Source: an uncultured delta proteobacterium
GTDB taxonomy: Bacteria > Desulfobacterota > Binatia > UBA9968
DNA: 64,000 nucleotides
Assembly (NCBI GenBank): GCA_963816145.1
Contig: CAWFJP010000012.1
Location: 90,979 to 154,978 of the forward strand
Direction of reading: 5' to 3'
Positions 59,411-64,000 of this stretch are shown piece after piece (positions within the stretch are counted from its first letter, which is position 1; every line of letters begins with the position of its first letter). Under the pieces are notes generated by a model. That model did not search any database. It worked only from the letters and a program-made list of their open reading frames with translations, and was not told where the DNA came from. The position numbers were made by a program, and so were the translations under genes.

Positions 59411-60412
59411 ATGCTTCGCTTAAAGTCCGTTTCCCTGTCTGCTGTGGCGATTTTGGTTTTCGCATTCGCTGGCGCCGCATACGGTCAAAACAAACCGCTG
59501 AAAAAAGTCCGCGTCGGCGTGCCATCGGTGGGCGTCGCCAACATCATCATCTTCATTGCCAAGGAGGGAAAACTTTATGAGAAGCATGGCCTCGACGCCG
59601 AAGTGATCACGGTTAACGGCTCGGGGATTGGTTCGAAGGCGCTGATCAGCGGCGGCATCGACATCATTCCGATCGCCACGCCGACGGTCATCGCGGCGAA
59701 TCTTGCCGGCGCCGATATGCAGATCCTTGCCCATACGATGCCGGGCGTGGTCCACGCCATGATGGTGAAGCCGGAGATCAAACGGGTCGAGGATTTGAAG
59801 GGCAAGAAGATCGGCGTGTCGAGCCTCGGATCATTGACCGATTTTCTCGTCCGCACCATTGCGCGCAAAAAAGGGCTCAATCCGGATCGTGATTTGACGC
59901 TGATCGTCATGGGCGGCGACGCCGAGCGCTTGACCGCGCTGCGCGCCGGCTCTGTCGACGCATCGGCCATGTCACATCCCGGGTACGGCCGGGCGCGCCG
60001 CATGGGATTTCAAATGCTCTGGGACTCGGCCAAAGAGATCGATTATCCCTGGATGGAAATCACCACGCGCCGGGACACGATTAGGAAAGACCGCGAGCTG
60101 GTAACCCAGTATATGAAAGCGCATTTGGAAGGCATCGCTTTGTTCAAGAAAGACCCCGAGTTCAGCAAGCGGGTGATCAAAAAGACCTTACGCATGGACG
60201 AGGACGACTTGGTCGCCGAAGCTTACGACATTTACTCCAAAGCTTTTATCCCCGCGCCCTATCCGAACCTGCCGGGGATGAAGGTGAGCTTCGAATATGT
60301 CGGCGCGAACAATAAGGATGTCTGGAAACACAAGCCGGAAGAGTTCGCCGACGCCAGCTTCGTGACCGAACTGGACAAGAACGGGTTTATCAAATCGTTG
60401 TATGCGCGGTAA
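59411..60412 (+). CDS. ABC substrate-binding protein, NMT1/SsuA-like
   Basis: Signal peptide; EKHGLDAEV, DLKGKKIGVSSLGSLTD, DASFVTELDKNGF. Confidence 0.85.
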   Translation: MLRLKSVSLSAVAILVFAFAGAAYGQNKPLKKVRVGVPSVGVANIIIFIAKEGKLYEKHGLDAEVITVNGSGIGSKALISGGIDIIPIATPTVIAANLAGADMQILAHTMPGVVHAMMVKPEIKRVEDLKGKKIGVSSLGSLTDFLVRTIARKKGLNPDRDLTLIVMGGDAERLTALRAGSVDASAMSHPGYGRARRMGFQMLWDSAKEIDYPWMEITTRRDTIRKDRELVTQYMKAHLEGIALFKKDPEFSKRVIKKTLRMDEDDLVAEAYDIYSKAFIPAPYPNLPGMKVSFEYVGANNKDVWKHKPEEFADASFVTELDKNGFIKSLYAR

Positions 60413-60433
60413 TCGTTCGGTTGACCGTCGTTG

Positions 60434-61081
60434 TTAGTAACTTTTGTTTTCAAACACCCACCGATCGAGGTTGTCGAAATAAGCCCGGCGTAGCACTAAG
60501 CTCATCGCCACGGCGCGGGCGGCTTTTTCTTGTTTCTCCGCCGTCGTCGCATATTTGACGAGGATCTCGAACGGGTAGTTGCCATGTTCTTCTTCGTCTT
60601 CGTGGATTTTCTGATACGGCGCGGTGACCCAGCTGGGCACGGTTCCGGCCTTTAGGCTTTTGGCGATGAGATAGTCGGCGACGCCTTCGCCGGCCATGGG
60701 AAAAGCGGCGATTCTTTCCACGGTGTCGGTCAAACCTTCGAAGGCGTTAAACATCGCCATCTGCGCCGGCAGCGGCTGGTAGTCGTACGGCGTGGCGCCT
60801 TTACTGCGCAGCGCTTCTTCCAGGAAGACGGCGTGTTCGTATTCTTCGTGGGTCGCATTGGCGAGGGTTTTCTTGACGTCCAGTTCCGGTGTGCTTTTCA
60901 GCCAGCCGCCGAAGATCTCGCCGGCGCGGATTTCATTGAACAGCCGGCTCTGCATAACTTTGATGCGCATTTCATCCGTAGTGAGCGGGATGAAGCAATA
61001 GGCCGGCAGTTTGACGTCGAGGGCTTTGCAAAAATCGGCGACCTGTTTTTCGATCGCTTTGGCGAACTCGCGGCTCTCCAT
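60434..61081 (-). CDS. Ferritin-like (diiron-carboxylate) domain protein
   Basis: FNE...HEEYEH...GEG...EDEEEH pattern; RBS AAGGAG. Confidence 0.65.
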   Translation of the reverse strand: MESREFAKAIEKQVADFCKALDVKLPAYCFIPLTTDEMRIKVMQSRLFNEIRAGEIFGGWLKSTPELDVKKTLANATHEEYEHAVFLEEALRSKGATPYDYQPLPAQMAMFNAFEGLTDTVERIAAFPMAGEGVADYLIAKSLKAGTVPSWVTAPYQKIHEDEEEHGNYPFEILVKYATTAEKQEKAARAVAMSLVLRRAYFDNLDRWVFENKSY

Positions 61082-61137
61082 GGGACTGATCTCCTTAGCC
61101 GTAAATATCACGGAACACGAAATTCACCTCTTGCTAT

Positions 61138-61160
61138 CAGTATATCTATACAGCGGTCAA
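61138..61160 (-). promoter_or_regulatory. Candidate -35 box (TTGACC) with adjacent palindromic operator
   Basis: Near-palindrome CAGTATATCTATACAG lies in the promoter spacer upstream of the ferritin-like gene. Confidence 0.35.
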
Positions 61161-61243
61161 GGAGCGGTGAAATGGAATTAATAGATAGGGCTCGCAGCGC
61201 TTTAACAGCGTTCAATATCGCGGCCGAGGCGACCGCGATGAAT

Positions 61244-62146
61244 TTATTTCTTTCGACTGACGATGGCCAGACCAACGCCGACGATTATCAGTGTGCCCGA
61301 TAGGATCAAGCGCAGGGTAATTCGTTCGGATAAGAAAAACACGCCACCGAACGCTGCCAGTGCCGGGACCGAGAGTTGTAAGGTCGCGGCCACGGTGGCG
61401 GCCAGTTGAGGCAACACCGCGTACCAAATGACATAGCCGACCGCGGATGTTATCGAGCCCGATAAAGCAGCCCAAAGAACACCCTCCGCAGTGATCGCGA
61501 CGGAAGGCGACCAGAGTAACAGGACAACTAAAGCTAAAGGAACTGTTCTGAGAAAATTTCCGGCGGTGGCGCGCAGAGGATCGGCGACGCGGCGCCCAAG
61601 GATGGAGTAGATGCCCCAGCTCGCGCCCGCGGTGCCCATCAGAAGCGAGCCGAGCCCAGAGGGCGCGGTGACACCCGGCGAGACCAGAAAGACCAGACCG
61701 GAGATGGCAATCAGGAGACCGAACCAGTGGAGCACCGAGGGATGTTCCCCAGCGTAAAGGCCGAGCCCGATCATGGTGACCTGCACCGCGGCGAAGAGGA
61801 TTAATGCGCCCGTTCCAGTGGTCAAGCTGACGTAGGCGAAGGAGAACGACGCGGCGTACAGGAACAGCATTGCCGCGGAAGTCCAGGAACTCTCAGCTCG
61901 CGTTAACGTTTCGCGTCGCCGCGTGTAGTCGATGAGCCATAAAGTTACAGCTCCAGTCAGCAAGCGCACTGTGGTGTAGCTGGCGGGGTCGATGCTCGGA
62001 CCGCTCAATGCAAGCCGAGCAAAGATAGAATTGGCGGCGAAGGCTATTAGCGCGAGAAGCGTAAGCAGGGCCGTGGTGATCGAGTCTTGACGCGCGGGCG
62101 ACTGGACTGAGGCGTCACGCGAACGGTTATTTAACTCAGATGCCAT
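61244..62146 (-). CDS. DMT/EamA family transporter
   Basis: AFAANS..AR, about 10 hydrophobic segments, two EamA repeats. Confidence 0.88.
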   Translation of the reverse strand: MASELNNRSRDASVQSPARQDSITTALLTLLALIAFAANSIFARLALSGPSIDPASYTTVRLLTGAVTLWLIDYTRRRETLTRAESSWTSAAMLFLYAASFSFAYVSLTTGTGALILFAAVQVTMIGLGLYAGEHPSVLHWFGLLIAISGLVFLVSPGVTAPSGLGSLLMGTAGASWGIYSILGRRVADPLRATAGNFLRTVPLALVVLLLWSPSVAITAEGVLWAALSGSITSAVGYVIWYAVLPQLAATVAATLQLSVPALAAFGGVFFLSERITLRLILSGTLIIVGVGLAIVSRKK

Positions 62147-62233
62147 TCAGCGCACCCGGCCACCATTTCGTGCGATCCGCTTAAGACCGTGATACGAGCC
62201 CGACAAATCACCAGATCCTTAGACCGCGGCGTT

Positions 62234-63616
62234 CTACGGTTTAATGTTCTGATTATAATGAAAGACATTCTCCGGATCGTAGCGTTTCTTTAACTGGACG
62301 AGACGATCATAGTTTGAACCGTAAGCAGCAGCGACTCGGCTGCTTTCCTCTTCGGTCATAAAATTCACGTAAGCGCCTGCCGAAGCGTAAGGCGCACTCG
62401 CCTTAAAAAAAGCGCGCGCCCATTCGATGCAACTCGTATCCTGTGCCGCGGTGTCCCATCGTCCGTGCACGTTCATGACGAACTGGGCGTCTCGGTGCGC
62501 GTAAGCCATGGCGTTGGGCGCCACACGATTGGCAGCGCCGGCGATATGACCGACGAAGATCTCGCACTGGGGCGAGGGCAGTTTGCCGGCGTATTCGATG
62601 ATGGAATTTAACGCACCGTCGCCAAGCTCGGTGAAGTTATGCGACTTCCAATAGTTTCTGGCGCCAGGCGCGAGCAGAGGATCGAAGGCCTTCTGCCACT
62701 CAGTGTAAGGCTGGGCGCCGATATGCTCGCCGTGAGGATTGCCGAAAGCACGAAGCCGCTCGATCCACTTCTGGCCTTCTGCAACCTTGCCTGCGTAGAA
62801 AATCGGTAGCACGACAACTTCTTTGCCGTGCACGTTTTGAGGGAGAAAGGGCAGCGGCGGAGCCTGGCGCAGCACGACCCATACGCTAAGGTCTTCAGGC
62901 GCTGAGATGGCAAGCTGGCGATACTGGGTCAGAACCTGCTTTGCTTGGACAAACGGAAAAACGATCAAACCCGCGAGTACTTCCGGCCCCACCGGATGAA
63001 GCGCGAATTCGAACTGGGTGACCACGCCGAAATTGCCGCCGCCGCCTCGCAATGCCCAGAAAAGCTCGGCGTCGTCCTGCTCGCTCGCCCGTATCTTTTT
63101 GCCGTCCGCAGTGACCACTTCCGCCGCGACCAGATTGTCCACGGTCAGACCGTATTTGCGGGTCAGCCAGCCGAAGCCGCCGCCGAGGGTCAAACCGGCG
63201 ATACCGGTCGTCGAGTTGATACCCACCGGCGTAGCCAAACCATGCAGCTGGGTCGCACCATCAAAATCAGCGAGCGTGGCGCCGGGCTCGACGTAGGCGA
63301 GTTTTTTACCGGCATCTACTCGGACTCGCTTCATGTTCGAGAAATCGATCGTTACGCCGTCATTGCAGAGGGCGTTGCCGGCAATGTTATGCCCTGCGCC
63401 CCGAACCGAAATTTCTAGCGTGTTTTCCCGCGCAAACTTGATGGTCGGCGCGACGTCGTCGCTATCCGCTGGCTGCACAATGACTGCGGGACGCCGGTCG
63501 ATCATGGCATTCCAAATCTGCCGTGCTTCATCGTAACCGTTGTCATCGGGGCTCAAAACGCGGCCCGTGAGTGCGCCTCTGAGTTTATCGATTGATTCGC
63601 TCGAAAATGTCGTCAT
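62234..63616 (-). CDS. FAD-binding oxidoreductase (berberine-bridge/VAO family)
   Basis: WNAMIDRRP, RGAGHN, GLTLGGG.GWL, LFWALRGGGGNFGVV, YVNF, KRYDPENVF. Confidence 0.92.
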   Translation of the reverse strand: MTTFSSESIDKLRGALTGRVLSPDDNGYDEARQIWNAMIDRRPAVIVQPADSDDVAPTIKFARENTLEISVRGAGHNIAGNALCNDGVTIDFSNMKRVRVDAGKKLAYVEPGATLADFDGATQLHGLATPVGINSTTGIAGLTLGGGFGWLTRKYGLTVDNLVAAEVVTADGKKIRASEQDDAELFWALRGGGGNFGVVTQFEFALHPVGPEVLAGLIVFPFVQAKQVLTQYRQLAISAPEDLSVWVVLRQAPPLPFLPQNVHGKEVVVLPIFYAGKVAEGQKWIERLRAFGNPHGEHIGAQPYTEWQKAFDPLLAPGARNYWKSHNFTELGDGALNSIIEYAGKLPSPQCEIFVGHIAGAANRVAPNAMAYAHRDAQFVMNVHGRWDTAAQDTSCIEWARAFFKASAPYASAGAYVNFMTEEESSRVAAAYGSNYDRLVQLKKRYDPENVFHYNQNIKP

Positions 63617-64000
63617 CGGGTTCTCCTCCGAATATTCATTATCGGTCAATGGCCATTGAAAGTCTGGCGAAGTCGCAAAGTATGGTAGTCCAAAAGTATG
63701 CAAAAAGCCGCATCAAGTCCAGTTGCAGCTGTGTGGCGCAGGAAACTATTCACGGACGAAGATTGGCCGTTGGGGTTGTTAAGTTTGGTCACGATGGTGA
63801 CCGAGGAATTTGCTGTTTGTCGAGAACAGATCGATTCGCGCAAAAAAACTTTTCGCCATTTACGCATGACCGGGCTTTTAGCCGAGCACGCATGTAAAGC
63901 TGCGAACTATATTTTGATTCTTCTTGTGACAAATCGCGGCTCCGGCGCTCCGCCATCGCGAGCGCTCAACGGCTGGTGATCAGCACGACGCCACCGACCA

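Noticed and set aside
286-63979. Many long antisense or alternate-frame ORFs in the supplied track (e.g. 873-1682, 9368-10219, 39566-40378, 57237-58193)
   Set aside because: They overlap well-supported genes and have no motifs; such shadow ORFs are expected in high-GC DNA.
63640-64000. Short ORFs at the right edge
   Set aside because: No recognisable motif or RBS; left unassigned.

Overview
GC-rich bacterial chromosomal segment. Gene content and intergenic repeat style suggest Candidatus Binatia/Binatota-like Deltaproteobacteria (inference). It is probably a long-read assembly: several clearly functional genes are broken by single-base indels. Main content: prfB with its programmed +1 frameshift, ybeY, a six-gene arsenosugar-type operon (ArsM-like methyltransferase, ArsS radical SAM, TVP38-flavoprotein fusion, DUF547, TIGR04283/TIGR04282 transferases), and a pentose-phosphate cluster (tkt, rpiB, tal, zwf, glk). 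It also has an exported peroxiredoxin-like protein with an in-frame UGA (UxxC, probable selenoprotein), a two-domain ThyX, two stand-alone adenylation-carrier (A-T) proteins, eight solute-binding proteins without permeases, a DEAD-box helicase, rpoZ, a STAND-type adenylate cyclase and catabolic enzymes. The most unusual structure is a hotspot from about 23.6 to 36.4 kb downstream of thyX. It holds at least six orphan copies of the 3' ends of neighbouring genes: thyX twice, two solute-binding proteins, an SDR and a hydrolase. These differ from the intact genes largely at synonymous sites, and they are interleaved with defence-like, IS630 and NRPS-like cargo; no integrase is visible. No rRNA, tRNA or CRISPR array was seen.
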